Source: Pontiella sp. (GTDB lineage: Bacteria > Verrucomicrobiota > Kiritimatiellia > Kiritimatiellales > Pontiellaceae). Taken from it: a stretch of DNA of 64,000 nucleotides. Location of the stretch: NCBI GenBank assembly GCA_050290185.1, contig JBNKHE010000007.1, forward strand, positions 32,001 to 96,000, written 5' to 3'. Made by a program: the position numbers and the translations under genes. Shown one piece after another: positions 9,519 through 18,965 of the stretch; the stretch's first letter is position 1; the number at the start of each line of letters is the position of its first letter. A model generated the notes under the pieces. That model worked only from the letters and a program-made list of their open reading frames with translations, searched no databases and was not told the DNA's origin.

Positions 9519-11333
9519 ATGAGCGAGCTGATACTGACGATCAAGGAAATCTGCGCAAAATACGGCAACGACCGAGCACGGTTGATGGATATGGTGCGGG
9601 AGGTGCAAGAAACATTCGACCATGTCCCTCGCGAGGCATTCGACCTTATCGCAAAGGAGGCGAAGACGCATCGAGTTGAGGTGGAAAGTGTCGTTTCTTT
9701 CTATGCGTTCCTGTCCGACAAGAAGCAGGGAGAGGTCGTCATCCGGCTTTGCGATGATATTATTGACCGCTTTCAAGGGAGTAGCGAGGTGGGCGAGACG
9801 CTCTGCAAGGAGCTGAACATTGACTTCGGCGAAACCACTCAGGATGGATGCATCACGCTTGAGAAGACGCCGTGTATTGGTATGAGCGATCAGGCTCCGG
9901 CAATGATGGTTAACGACACCGTCGTTACCAACCTGACCCCGGATAAGATCCCTCATCTGGTAAAACAGCTACGAAAGAATCCCGATCCGAGGGCGCTGGT
10001 GACAGAAGTTGGCGACGGCAACAATGCCGACCCTCTGGTCATGCAAATGGTAAAAAACAATATTTGCGTGGCTGGAACCGTAATCCTTTCTGATTACCGC
10101 AAAGACAGCGGTCTGCGCAAGGCATTGACCCAAACCCCCGAAGAGGTAATCGAAGACGTCAAGGGTTCCGGGCTTCGCGGCCGCGGCGGGGCGGGATTTC
10201 TGACTGGTTTTAAATGGGAACTGACCCGGCAGGCAGCCGGAACCGAAAAGTTCGTCCTTTGCAATGCCGACGAAGGAGAGCCGGGCACGTTCAAGGACCG
10301 CGTGTTGCTGACCGAGCGTGCCGACCTGGTGCTGGAAGGCATGACGGTGGCGGCCTACGCCATCGGTGCAGAAACGGGTATTATCTATCTTCGCGGCGAA
10401 TACGCCTATCTACGCGCATTCCTTGAGGACAAGATGAACCAGCGGCGCAGTGCCAACCTGCTCGGAAACAATATTCTCGACAAAGAAGGCTTTAATTTTG
10501 ACGTCCGGATTCAGATGGGTGCCGGAGCATATGTGTGCGGCGAGGAAACCTCGCTCATCAGTTCGTGTGAAGGCACACGCGGCGATCCGACCGACCGCAC
10601 GCCGTTCCCGGTGGTGAAAGGCTACATGGTTTCACCAACAGCCGTAAACAATGTAGAAAGCTACTGTTGCGCCGCGCGGATTATGGACAAAGGGCCGGGT
10701 TGGTTTTCCTCCCTCGGCACCGAACGCAGTGCAGGGACCAAGCTGCTCAGCGTCTGCGGCGATTGTGCGCGTCCGGGTATCTACGAAGTGGAGTTCGGTA
10801 CCAAGCTGCGCGAAGTTCTTGACCTTGCAGGAGCGGAGGATGTGGCTTGTGTCTGCGTGGGCGGCCCCTCCGGACAGATGGTGGGTCCGGCCCAATTCGA
10901 CCTGGGCATCAGCTACGAGGAACTCTCGACCGGCGGCTCGATGATGGTTTTCAGCAATCGGCGCGACATCCTCGAGGTAGCCGAAGCGTTCATGGAATTC
11001 TTCGTGGATGAAAGCTGTGGCTACTGCGTACCTTGCCGTGTCGGCAACGTGCTGTTGAAGAATCGACTGGAACGCGTTCGCAAGGGCGAGGGAGCACAGG
11101 GTGATCTCGACTATCTGCAACGCTTGGGCGAGAGCATCAAGTTCTCCAGCCGCTGCGGGCTGGGGCAGACCTCGCCCAATCCGATTCTCTCTACGTTGAA
11201 AAACTTTCGCCCCGTCTACAATGCCTTGGTCAAGGATGACAAAAGCGGGCTCAACAAGTCGTTCAACATCATGAAAGCCGTCGAGGAGGCCAGTGCCATC
11301 GCCGGCCGCCGTTCTGAAATTTTCCATGCCTAG
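9519..11333 (+). CDS. hoxF: NAD-reducing [NiFe]-hydrogenase diaphorase large subunit (NuoE-like + NuoF-like fusion)
   Basis: GLRGRGGAGF, CNADEGEPGTFKDR, GAYVCGEET, ESCGYCVPCRVG..CGLG. Confidence 0.93.
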   Translation: MSELILTIKEICAKYGNDRARLMDMVREVQETFDHVPREAFDLIAKEAKTHRVEVESVVSFYAFLSDKKQGEVVIRLCDDIIDRFQGSSEVGETLCKELNIDFGETTQDGCITLEKTPCIGMSDQAPAMMVNDTVVTNLTPDKIPHLVKQLRKNPDPRALVTEVGDGNNADPLVMQMVKNNICVAGTVILSDYRKDSGLRKALTQTPEEVIEDVKGSGLRGRGGAGFLTGFKWELTRQAAGTEKFVLCNADEGEPGTFKDRVLLTERADLVLEGMTVAAYAIGAETGIIYLRGEYAYLRAFLEDKMNQRRSANLLGNNILDKEGFNFDVRIQMGAGAYVCGEETSLISSCEGTRGDPTDRTPFPVVKGYMVSPTAVNNVESYCCAARIMDKGPGWFSSLGTERSAGTKLLSVCGDCARPGIYEVEFGTKLREVLDLAGAEDVACVCVGGPSGQMVGPAQFDLGISYEELSTGGSMMVFSNRRDILEVAEAFMEFFVDESCGYCVPCRVGNVLLKNRLERVRKGEGAQGDLDYLQRLGESIKFSSRCGLGQTSPNPILSTLKNFRPVYNALVKDDKSGLNKSFNIMKAVEEASAIAGRRSEIFHA

Positions 11334-11343
11334 GAGGAATATT

Positions 11344-12051
11344 ATGAGCGATATGGTGAAAATTACGATCGATGGAAAAGAAATCGAAGCAACGGCCGGA
11401 CAGACCATCATGGAAGCTGCGGATGCGGCGGGGATTTATATCCCTCGCCTCTGTTCCCATCCGGATTTGAAGCCGATCGGTAGCTGCCGTGTTTGTACGG
11501 TCATCTGCGACGGCCGCCCGCAGGCCGCCTGTGTCAAGCCGGTGATGGAGGGCATGGTAATCCAGAACGACACCCCCGAGCTGCTGCAGCATCGACGAAA
11601 CATCATCGACATGATGTTTGTGGAGGGGAACCATTTCTGCATGTTCTGCGAAAAGAGCGGCAACTGCGAGCTGCAGGCGTTGGCCTACCGCTTCGGGATT
11701 ACGGCCCCGCAATATCCTTTTCAATTTCCCGAGAAGGAGGTCGATGCCTCTCATCCGGATATCATGCTCGACCACAACCGCTGCATCATGTGTGCGCGCT
11801 GTGTGCGCGCATCGCAGGAGCTCGATGGAAAGAATGTGTTCCAGTCGATCGGTCGCGGGTTCAATAGAAAGATCGGTGTCAACGGCGAGAAGGCGCTCGG
11901 GGATACCGATATGGCAGTCATCGACAAGGCCGCAGAAATTTGTCCGGTCGGATGCATTATCAAGAAGCGCGTCGGTTTTGAAGTCCCGGTCGGACAGCGG
12001 CTGTACGACAAGGAACCGATCGGTTCCGATATCGAGGAGGTGCGGTCATGA
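11344..12051 (+). CDS. hoxU: Hydrogenase diaphorase small (Fe-S) subunit
   Basis: IPRLC..GSCRVC..AC [2Fe-2S]; HFCMFCEKSGNCELQ; CIMCARCVR; CPVG. Confidence 0.93.
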   Translation: MSDMVKITIDGKEIEATAGQTIMEAADAAGIYIPRLCSHPDLKPIGSCRVCTVICDGRPQAACVKPVMEGMVIQNDTPELLQHRRNIIDMMFVEGNHFCMFCEKSGNCELQALAYRFGITAPQYPFQFPEKEVDASHPDIMLDHNRCIMCARCVRASQELDGKNVFQSIGRGFNRKIGVNGEKALGDTDMAVIDKAAEICPVGCIIKKRVGFEVPVGQRLYDKEPIGSDIEEVRS

Positions 12052-12593
12052 GCAAACCCCGGGTTGCCACTACTTCACTGGCCGGCTGTTTCGGCTGCCA
12101 TATGTCGTTGCTCGATATCGACGAGCGCATTCTCGAGCTGATCGAGCTGATCGACTTCGACCGCTCGCCGGTTGATGATTTCAAGCACATCACGCAACGC
12201 TGCGCCATCGGTTTGATTGAAGGCGGATGTTGCAACGAAGAAAACGTGCATGTACTGCACGAGTTCAGAGAAAACTGCGACATCCTGATTTCGTTCGGTG
12301 ATTGCGCCACGATGGGCGGCATTCCCGCCATGCGGAATAATATTCCGCTGGGAGAATGCATCAATGAAGCCTATCTCGACGGTATAACCGTCTACAACCC
12401 CAAGGGCATCGTGCCGCAGGATCCGGAGATTCCGTTGCTTCTCGACAAGGTGTATCCCGCGCATGAAGTCGTGAAAATCGACTATTTCCTGCCCGGTTGC
12501 CCGCCATCGGCCGATACGCTGTGGGCGGCGCTCACCGCCTTGCTTACCGACCAGCCAGTCGAGCTTCCGTACGAACTGCTGAAATACGACTAG
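12048..12593 (+). CDS. hoxY: [NiFe]-hydrogenase small subunit
   Basis: LAGCFGCHMS, GDCATMGG, LPGCPP; short single-cluster form. Confidence 0.93.
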   Translation: MSKPRVATTSLAGCFGCHMSLLDIDERILELIELIDFDRSPVDDFKHITQRCAIGLIEGGCCNEENVHVLHEFRENCDILISFGDCATMGGIPAMRNNIPLGECINEAYLDGITVYNPKGIVPQDPEIPLLLDKVYPAHEVVKIDYFLPGCPPSADTLWAALTALLTDQPVELPYELLKYD

Positions 12594-12603
12594 GAGATTT
12601 ACG

Positions 12604-14034
12604 ATGAGTACAAAGAAAATCACGATCGAGCCGGTAACACGCGTAGAAGGACATGGAAAAGTGACTATCCTGCTGGATGAAGCAGGTCAAGTCAGCCAGG
12701 CGCGGTTGCACATTGTCGAATTCCGCGGCTTCGAACGTTTCATCCAGGGGCGGCCGTATTGGGAAATTCCGGTTCTGGTTCAGCGTTTGTGCGGCATATG
12801 TCCGGTCAGTCACCACCTCGCCGCCGCCAAGGCGATGGATGGCATCGTGGGCGTGGATCAGTTGACGCCGACGGCGGAAAAAATGCGCCGCCTGATGCAC
12901 TATGGACAAACCTTCCAGAGCCATGCATTGCACTTCTTCCATCTGGTGTCGCCCGATCTTCTTTTCGGGTTCGATGCGGACCCCGCTGAGCGCAATGTAA
13001 TTGGCGTTGCAAAAAAGTTTCCGGATCTCGCGGTGCAGGGCGTGATGATGCGCAAGTATGGCCAGGAAATCATCAAGGCTACGGCCGGCAAGAAAATTCA
13101 CGGAACGGGCGCCATCCCCGGTGGAATCAATAAGAATCTTTCGATCGGAGAGCGCGACGGTTTCCTGAAGGATATCGATCAGATGCTCGAATGGTGCCGG
13201 GCTTCGCTGAAGATTGCCAAGGATTACACGTTGGAGCATATCGATGAACTGGCTGATTTTAGCTCCTTCGATTCCAATCACGTCAGTCTGGTTCGCGAAG
13301 ACGGGGCGATGGATCTTTATCATGGAAATCTGCGGGCGATTGACGCGAAAGCGGAGAAGATATTCGACCAGGTGGATTATCAGGAATATTTCAAGTATAT
13401 CGCCGAAGAGGTGAAACCGTGGTCCTACATGAAATTTCCGTTCATTTCCTCGTTGGGGCCGGAAACCGGCTGGTACCGGGTGGGTCCGCTGTCGCGCATT
13501 AATGCCTGCGACTTTATCGACACCCCCGAAGCCGAAGCCGCACGAAAGGACTTCCTCTCCATTACCGGCGGCAAGCCGAATAACATGACCATGGCCTATC
13601 ACTGGGCACGAATGATCGAACTGCTTCACGCCGGTGAAAAAATCCGAGAGCTACTGAACGATCCGGATCTGCAAGGCACGGATCTCGTTGTGAAGGGCGA
13701 GCGCCGGAGTGAATCGGTTGGGTTGATCGAGGCGCCGCGCGGTACACTGTTCCATCATTACAAGGTCGATGAAAACGATCAGGTAACGATGGCCAACCTG
13801 ATTGTCGCGACGACCAACAACAATACGCCGATGAATCTGGCGGTGGAAGGGGTTGCCCGCAAATACCTCTCCGGTGCGGAAATCACCGAAGGCCTGCTTA
13901 ACCGGGTCGAGGTGGCGATCCGCGCCTACGATCCATGTCTTTCCTGCGCCACCCACGCCATGGGCCAGATGCCGCTGATCATCGAACTTGAAGACGCCGA
14001 AGGAAATACCCTCGACCGGAGAGTGCGCGATTAG
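12604..14034 (+). CDS. hoxH: [NiFe]-hydrogenase large subunit, group 3d
   Basis: PVTRVEGHG, RGFE, RLCGICPVSH (L1), EAPRGTLFH, YDPCLSCATH (L2) plus cleavable C-terminal tail. Confidence 0.96.
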   Translation: MSTKKITIEPVTRVEGHGKVTILLDEAGQVSQARLHIVEFRGFERFIQGRPYWEIPVLVQRLCGICPVSHHLAAAKAMDGIVGVDQLTPTAEKMRRLMHYGQTFQSHALHFFHLVSPDLLFGFDADPAERNVIGVAKKFPDLAVQGVMMRKYGQEIIKATAGKKIHGTGAIPGGINKNLSIGERDGFLKDIDQMLEWCRASLKIAKDYTLEHIDELADFSSFDSNHVSLVREDGAMDLYHGNLRAIDAKAEKIFDQVDYQEYFKYIAEEVKPWSYMKFPFISSLGPETGWYRVGPLSRINACDFIDTPEAEAARKDFLSITGGKPNNMTMAYHWARMIELLHAGEKIRELLNDPDLQGTDLVVKGERRSESVGLIEAPRGTLFHHYKVDENDQVTMANLIVATTNNNTPMNLAVEGVARKYLSGAEITEGLLNRVEVAIRAYDPCLSCATHAMGQMPLIIELEDAEGNTLDRRVRD

Positions 14035-14476
14035 CATTCTAGTCATAGGATATGGAAATCCGGGTCGTCTGGACGATGGCCTGGGGCCTGCATTTGCCGA
14101 GCAGATTGAATCCCTCGGATTGCCGGACATGACTGTAGAATCCAACTATCAACTCAACATCGAAGATGCCGAGCTGATATCAAACTACGATGTCGTGATT
14201 TTTGCCGATGCATCCGTCGCCGCCGTCGAGCCGTTTGAATTTAAGCCGATGATCGCAAAGAATCCAGTCGTTGGATTTTCCAGTCACAGCATCAGCGCCG
14301 AATCGCTGCTCGGTCTTGCCGAGCAGTTGTTTGGGAAAAGACCCGTTGCATACGCCATGGCCATTCGGGGCTATGCGTTCGATGAATTTGGCGAACAGCT
14401 GTCTGAATCAGCTGAGGCTAATCTGGCCGTTGCAGAAGAATTTTTCCGGAAGTGGGTGGAAGCAATAGCACGTTAG
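13988..14476 (+). CDS. hoxW: Hydrogenase maturation protease (start codon uncertain)
   Basis: ILVIGYGNPGRLDDGLG, VIFADA, FSSH, FGEQLS; directly after hoxH. Confidence 0.88.
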   Translation: MKTPKEIPSTGECAISILVIGYGNPGRLDDGLGPAFAEQIESLGLPDMTVESNYQLNIEDAELISNYDVVIFADASVAAVEPFEFKPMIAKNPVVGFSSHSISAESLLGLAEQLFGKRPVAYAMAIRGYAFDEFGEQLSESAEANLAVAEEFFRKWVEAIAR

Positions 14477-14755
14477 CTCGTTCTGTGCCCTTGCATTCCG
14501 GTGATTCCTCGCTTGGCAGAGCCACCTGCCAAACGTCTTTCGACGCCAATCTCCTTTTCCGGAGAGCACTTCGTATTCATTCGCGATCGTACGTCGGTAT
14601 GATTTTTAATGTTTAAATATGTAAACTATTGGACCGCCGCAGGCCATTGTCATTCCCCGCATCTTGCGTAGCATTTTCTCACGATGAATTTGGTTTGGAG
14701 TTGATGCTTAATCCATCGGCTAGTGCTTCAATGCAAGGTGAAATGGAAGGTCGCT

Positions 14756-16660
14756 ATGGCGAAAATGTTCAATAGACCGAAGAAGGCAAACAAGGGTGCA
14801 CCGAGCGGTCTTGTGATCAGCCTGATATTCCATGCGGCGGCGTTTTTTATTGCCGGTCTGTTCGTTATTTTCACGGTGGTCAACGCTCCGGAACCCGAGT
14901 TCGAAGCGCCTCCGCCGATAGAGCGCCCGAAGATGAAGCTCAAAAAACCAAAGGTGAAGGTCAAGAAAAGTTCCAACCCCAAGCCTTCGTCACGGATCGT
15001 GGCCAAGGTCAAAACCAAGCAGATGCCTGAGATCCAGCTTCCCGACCTGATGGGGACAGGCGAGGGGTTGCTCGGCGGAACCGGGATGGGCGGCGAATTC
15101 ATGGATCTGCCCGAAGTCAAGGAGTTGACCATTTTCGGCACCGAGATGACCACGGGAAATGATCTGGTCGGCACCTTCTTCGACTTTAAGCGAACCAGTA
15201 GTGGCCTGAGCAAGCCTGTTAATATCGACCACTATGTACGTCCGTATATGATGGACGAAGTCATGCTCGATTTTCTGGAGAACGACTGGGATGTCTCGGT
15301 GTGGAATAAATATTATCATTCTCCGAAAAAGCTCTATGCCTCCACTATCTGCATCGGATGCACCGATTCCGTCGCAGCACCAGAAGCCTTCGGAGAAGAT
15401 ACCGAGGGATACGCGTGGGCGATTCTCTATCGCGGCAAGCTGGTTTATCCGGAGGATATCAAATTCCGGTTCAGAGGGGCTGGTGTACCTATTGCGGTGC
15501 GGGTAGATGGCAAGGTAGTGCTGATGTGCACCTTCCATTCCCAGGGAGCCGAGCAGTTTTATTATCCGATATGGAAATCGAGCGCGGGTGACACATTTAC
15601 CTATGCGATGGGGAACAACAAACAGGAAATCGGAGACTGGATCGAGTTGAAAGGTGGGGAGCCCGTCGATATCGAGGTTCTCATTGCGGATTTGGAGGGC
15701 GGGGTGATTACCGCCATGCTGGGGGTTGAGGTCGAAGGAGAAGAGTATCCACGGAACCCCTACGGTGGCGGCCCCACCATTCCTGTTTTCAAGACAGACA
15801 ACCTGACCCGTGCGCAGATCGATGCCCTCTATGTTGATGTCTTTCCCGGTGATGTTTGTCTAACCAACGGGCCGGTGTTCTGTGATTATGTGCCTAAGCC
15901 GATCATACTTGACGAATCGCCCGTAACGAATCGCCCGAAGGTGTTCTTGAAGGACGCGCTCAAGACTATGCGTGCATGGACTAGTTCCGAAGGGAAGACG
16001 CTCGAAGGGAAGTTGCTGATCGATGCCAATGATTACATCCTGCTGGAAAGCAATGATGGGCAAAAGAAGGTTCCGAAAACGCTATTGTCTGAAGACGATC
16101 TTAAGTTCCTGGACATGGCAACGCCGCCGCAGTTCAAGATCGAGTTTTCCAAGAGAAGCGAGCAAGTGGATATGACCCGGAAGGCCAATCCCAATGTGGG
16201 GATCATCGGTGCTTTGGCGGTCTTCAACTACACGTTTGGCGTCAAGATGAAATGCAGCGGAAAAATCGACTACGACCATCCGCTGACCGTCGAGTATTTT
16301 GCCATCGGAGGGGAAATCAACGGTGATGAGTATATCCTGCTGGACCGGAAATCCAGTATCATCACGCCGGGGGTCGCAAAAAAGTTTTCGTATGAGTTCC
16401 ATGGCCGCCCGGTGCGGCTCAAAAAATATGCATACCGGGCCGGCTCTCCATTTCACGGAAGGCGGACGGACGGTTACCTGATCGTCGTGACTGATGAAGA
16501 GGACAGGATTGTTCAATACAAGACCTCGAACAAATTCCTGTTCGATAATCTGGACAAGCTAAAGAGGCTTCCGGTGAATGCTTTTTTCGATAAAAACGGT
16601 GACAGGGCCTATCCGACTCGTCCCACCGATGCCGACCGACCGTCATGGACCCTGATGTAA
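14756..16660 (+). CDS. Uncharacterised membrane-anchored protein: SxxxH TM helix, Pro/Lys-rich linker, PA14-like domain, SHD1-like domain
   Basis: VISLIFHAAAFFIAG helix; EAPPPIERPKMKLKKPK linker; WAILYRGKL..KFRFRG..VRVDGK; RAWTSSEGKTLEGKL..LSEDD; domain names by pattern recognition only. Confidence 0.7.
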   Translation: MAKMFNRPKKANKGAPSGLVISLIFHAAAFFIAGLFVIFTVVNAPEPEFEAPPPIERPKMKLKKPKVKVKKSSNPKPSSRIVAKVKTKQMPEIQLPDLMGTGEGLLGGTGMGGEFMDLPEVKELTIFGTEMTTGNDLVGTFFDFKRTSSGLSKPVNIDHYVRPYMMDEVMLDFLENDWDVSVWNKYYHSPKKLYASTICIGCTDSVAAPEAFGEDTEGYAWAILYRGKLVYPEDIKFRFRGAGVPIAVRVDGKVVLMCTFHSQGAEQFYYPIWKSSAGDTFTYAMGNNKQEIGDWIELKGGEPVDIEVLIADLEGGVITAMLGVEVEGEEYPRNPYGGGPTIPVFKTDNLTRAQIDALYVDVFPGDVCLTNGPVFCDYVPKPIILDESPVTNRPKVFLKDALKTMRAWTSSEGKTLEGKLLIDANDYILLESNDGQKKVPKTLLSEDDLKFLDMATPPQFKIEFSKRSEQVDMTRKANPNVGIIGALAVFNYTFGVKMKCSGKIDYDHPLTVEYFAIGGEINGDEYILLDRKSSIITPGVAKKFSYEFHGRPVRLKKYAYRAGSPFHGRRTDGYLIVVTDEEDRIVQYKTSNKFLFDNLDKLKRLPVNAFFDKNGDRAYPTRPTDADRPSWTLM

Positions 16661-16886
16661 GCCCATTTGGTTTATGGGCGGTCTGTGCGCTCCATAAAAA
16701 GTTCTTGTACATGGGTGTTGGGATAGCGATGTAAGTTCAAAGCTTAATTAAGTATTGGTATATATCAATGCGTGGTGGTGGGCATATCCGTAGACATAGT
16801 TTCATTGATCTACCCATAACGATGTTTTGTATGGGTATGATACTTGGACTGCAAAATTTGCAGTCCGCCTGTTTCCAAGGAGAAGC

Positions 16887-17103
16887 GTGGTGAGTTCGGG
16901 GTCATTCAAAGGACCTGAAAAGGTTAACAAGTGGGCGCCGAACGGACTTGTTATCCGCCTGACATTCCATGCGAATGCATTTTTCATTGCATTCGGTATA
17001 CGAGGTGATTCGCCGCGAGCGGATCCACCATGCCTGCCGGCTTCTCAAGGAAACCGGCACCACGCCTTCCGACTACCGCCGGGAATTCCGTTTTTTGAGC
17101 TGA
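16887..17103 (+). pseudogene. Chimeric remnant: 5' end of a paralogue of the 14756 gene fused to the 3' end of an AraC/XylR-type regulator
   Basis: 16887-16992 encodes FKGPEKVNKWAPNGLVIRLTFHANAFFIA (cf. FNRPKKANKGAPSGLVISLIFHAAAFFIA); 16993-17103 in another frame encodes SVYEVIRRERIHHACRLLKETGTTPSDYRREFRFLS*. Confidence 0.75.
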
Positions 17104-17208
17104 GTATAAAATTCGCAAGTCAGCCGATATAATGCGTTAAATACGTATTCATATTTCCCGTATGTTCGTTAAGATGCATGCCGTTTTTTTAACAGAAGGA
17201 GAGCCATA

Positions 17209-18306
17209 GTGAATTTGAAAATAAAACCTGCTGAAGAGTGCCGTTACGATATTCTATCCTTGGGTGAAGTGATGCTTCGCCTTGATCCCGGTGAAGGGCG
17301 TATCCGTACGGCCCGCCAATTCCGCGCATGGGAAGGTGGAGGAGAATACAATGTGGCCCGTGGATTGCGTCGCTGCTTCGACCAGCGCGCGGCGGTCGTG
17401 ACGGCGTTTGCCAAGAACGAAGTCGGCCTTCTGATGGAGGACTTCATTCTGCAGGGCGGGGTGGATACGTCGCTCATCCAGTGGGCGGATTATGACGGCA
17501 TCGGGCGCACGGTCCGCAACGGCATGAACTTTACCGAACGCGGCTTCGGTATTCGTGGGGCCGTGGGTTGCTCGGATCGCGGTAACACGGCGGCCTCGCA
17601 GTTGAAGGCGGGCGATATCGATTGGGAATATATCTTCGGCACGCTCGGTGTGCGTTGGTTTCATACGGGCGGGATCTTTGCAGCGCTGTCCGAAACCACC
17701 GGCGAAGTGGTGATTGAAGCCGCCAAGACCGCTAAGAAGTACGGCACGATTGTTTCGTACGACCTGAATTACCGTCCTTCGCTCTGGAAGGGTTTCGGTG
17801 GTCTGGAAAAATGCCGGGAAATCAACCGCGAAATCGCTCAGTATGTCGATGTTATGATCGGCAATGAAGAGGACTTCACCGCCTGCCTCGGTTTCGAAGT
17901 GGAAGGTGCCGATGACAATTTGACCGACCTGGAAGTCGATGCCTTCAAAAAAATGATCGCTTCGGCCATCAAGGAGTTTCCAAACTTCAAAGCGACGGCA
18001 ACCACCATGCGCGGTGTCAAGACGGCGACAGTCAACGACTGGGGTGCGATGTGCTGGGCGGACGGCGAATTCTATACATCGACGCATCGACCGGAACTGG
18101 AAATCATGGATCGCGTTGGTGGGGGGGACAGTTTTGCCTCCGGCTTTATTTACGGCATGATGATCCTGCAGGATCCGGCGAAAGCCATTGAATACGGCGC
18201 AGCGCACGGTGCCCTGGCCATGACCACTCCCGGCGACACCACTATGGCATCGCTTGCTGAAGTTGAAAAAATCGTCGCCGGTGCCGGCGCACGGGTAGAC
18301 CGCTAA
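17209..18306 (+). CDS. kdgK: 2-dehydro-3-deoxygluconokinase (PfkB family)
   Basis: LGEVMLRL, GGGEYNVA, YDLNYRPSLW, DRVGGGDSF; GTG start with AGGAG RBS; adjacent eda. Confidence 0.88.
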   Translation: MNLKIKPAEECRYDILSLGEVMLRLDPGEGRIRTARQFRAWEGGGEYNVARGLRRCFDQRAAVVTAFAKNEVGLLMEDFILQGGVDTSLIQWADYDGIGRTVRNGMNFTERGFGIRGAVGCSDRGNTAASQLKAGDIDWEYIFGTLGVRWFHTGGIFAALSETTGEVVIEAAKTAKKYGTIVSYDLNYRPSLWKGFGGLEKCREINREIAQYVDVMIGNEEDFTACLGFEVEGADDNLTDLEVDAFKKMIASAIKEFPNFKATATTMRGVKTATVNDWGAMCWADGEFYTSTHRPELEIMDRVGGGDSFASGFIYGMMILQDPAKAIEYGAAHGALAMTTPGDTTMASLAEVEKIVAGAGARVDR

Positions 18307-18317
18307 GGAGAAAAACC

Positions 18318-18953
18318 ATGTTGAACGAACTGTTAAAACGGCCGGTGATTCCGGTGATTGTAATTGACGATGCCAACGATGCTGAACCGCTGGCTGAAGC
18401 CTTGCTAAAGGGCGGAATGGATGTGATTGAGGTGACGTGCCGTACGGCGGCAGCTCCCGAAGCGCTGGCGCGTATCAAGAAGTCGTTTCCGGAGATGCTG
18501 ATTGGTGCCGGTACGGTCGTAACGCCCGAGCAGGCGCAGATGTGCATCGATACCGGAGTCAGCTTTGGTCTTGCGCCGGGATTGAATCCCGACACGGTCG
18601 CGTTCTTCCAGGAAAGCGACACACTTTTCATTCCCGGTGTAATGACGCCGTCGGAGATCGAAGCTGGACTGGGGCTGGGTTGCAAGCTGCTGAAATTTTT
18701 CCCGGCCGGTGCCGCGGGTGGGGTAAACATGCTCAAGAATCTGGGAGCTCCTTATGGACCGCTGGGAGTGCAATTCTGCCCGACCGGCGGGGTCAGCCTC
18801 GATAACATGCTCGACTATCTGTCGATGCCGATCGTCAGTGCGATCGGTGGATCGTGGCTGGCCACGAAACAGCAGATTGCCGACAAGCAGTGGGATGTGA
18901 TTACTCAGCAGGTCAAGGATGCCTTGGCCAGAGCTGCCGATTGCCAGAAGTAG
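18318..18953 (+). CDS. eda: KDPG/KHG aldolase
   Basis: IEVT.RT, IGAGTV, PGVMTPSEI, KFFPA, FCPTGGV. Confidence 0.94.
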   Translation: MLNELLKRPVIPVIVIDDANDAEPLAEALLKGGMDVIEVTCRTAAAPEALARIKKSFPEMLIGAGTVVTPEQAQMCIDTGVSFGLAPGLNPDTVAFFQESDTLFIPGVMTPSEIEAGLGLGCKLLKFFPAGAAGGVNMLKNLGAPYGPLGVQFCPTGGVSLDNMLDYLSMPIVSAIGGSWLATKQQIADKQWDVITQQVKDALARAADCQK

Positions 18954-18965
18954 ATTGCGTCGGGC

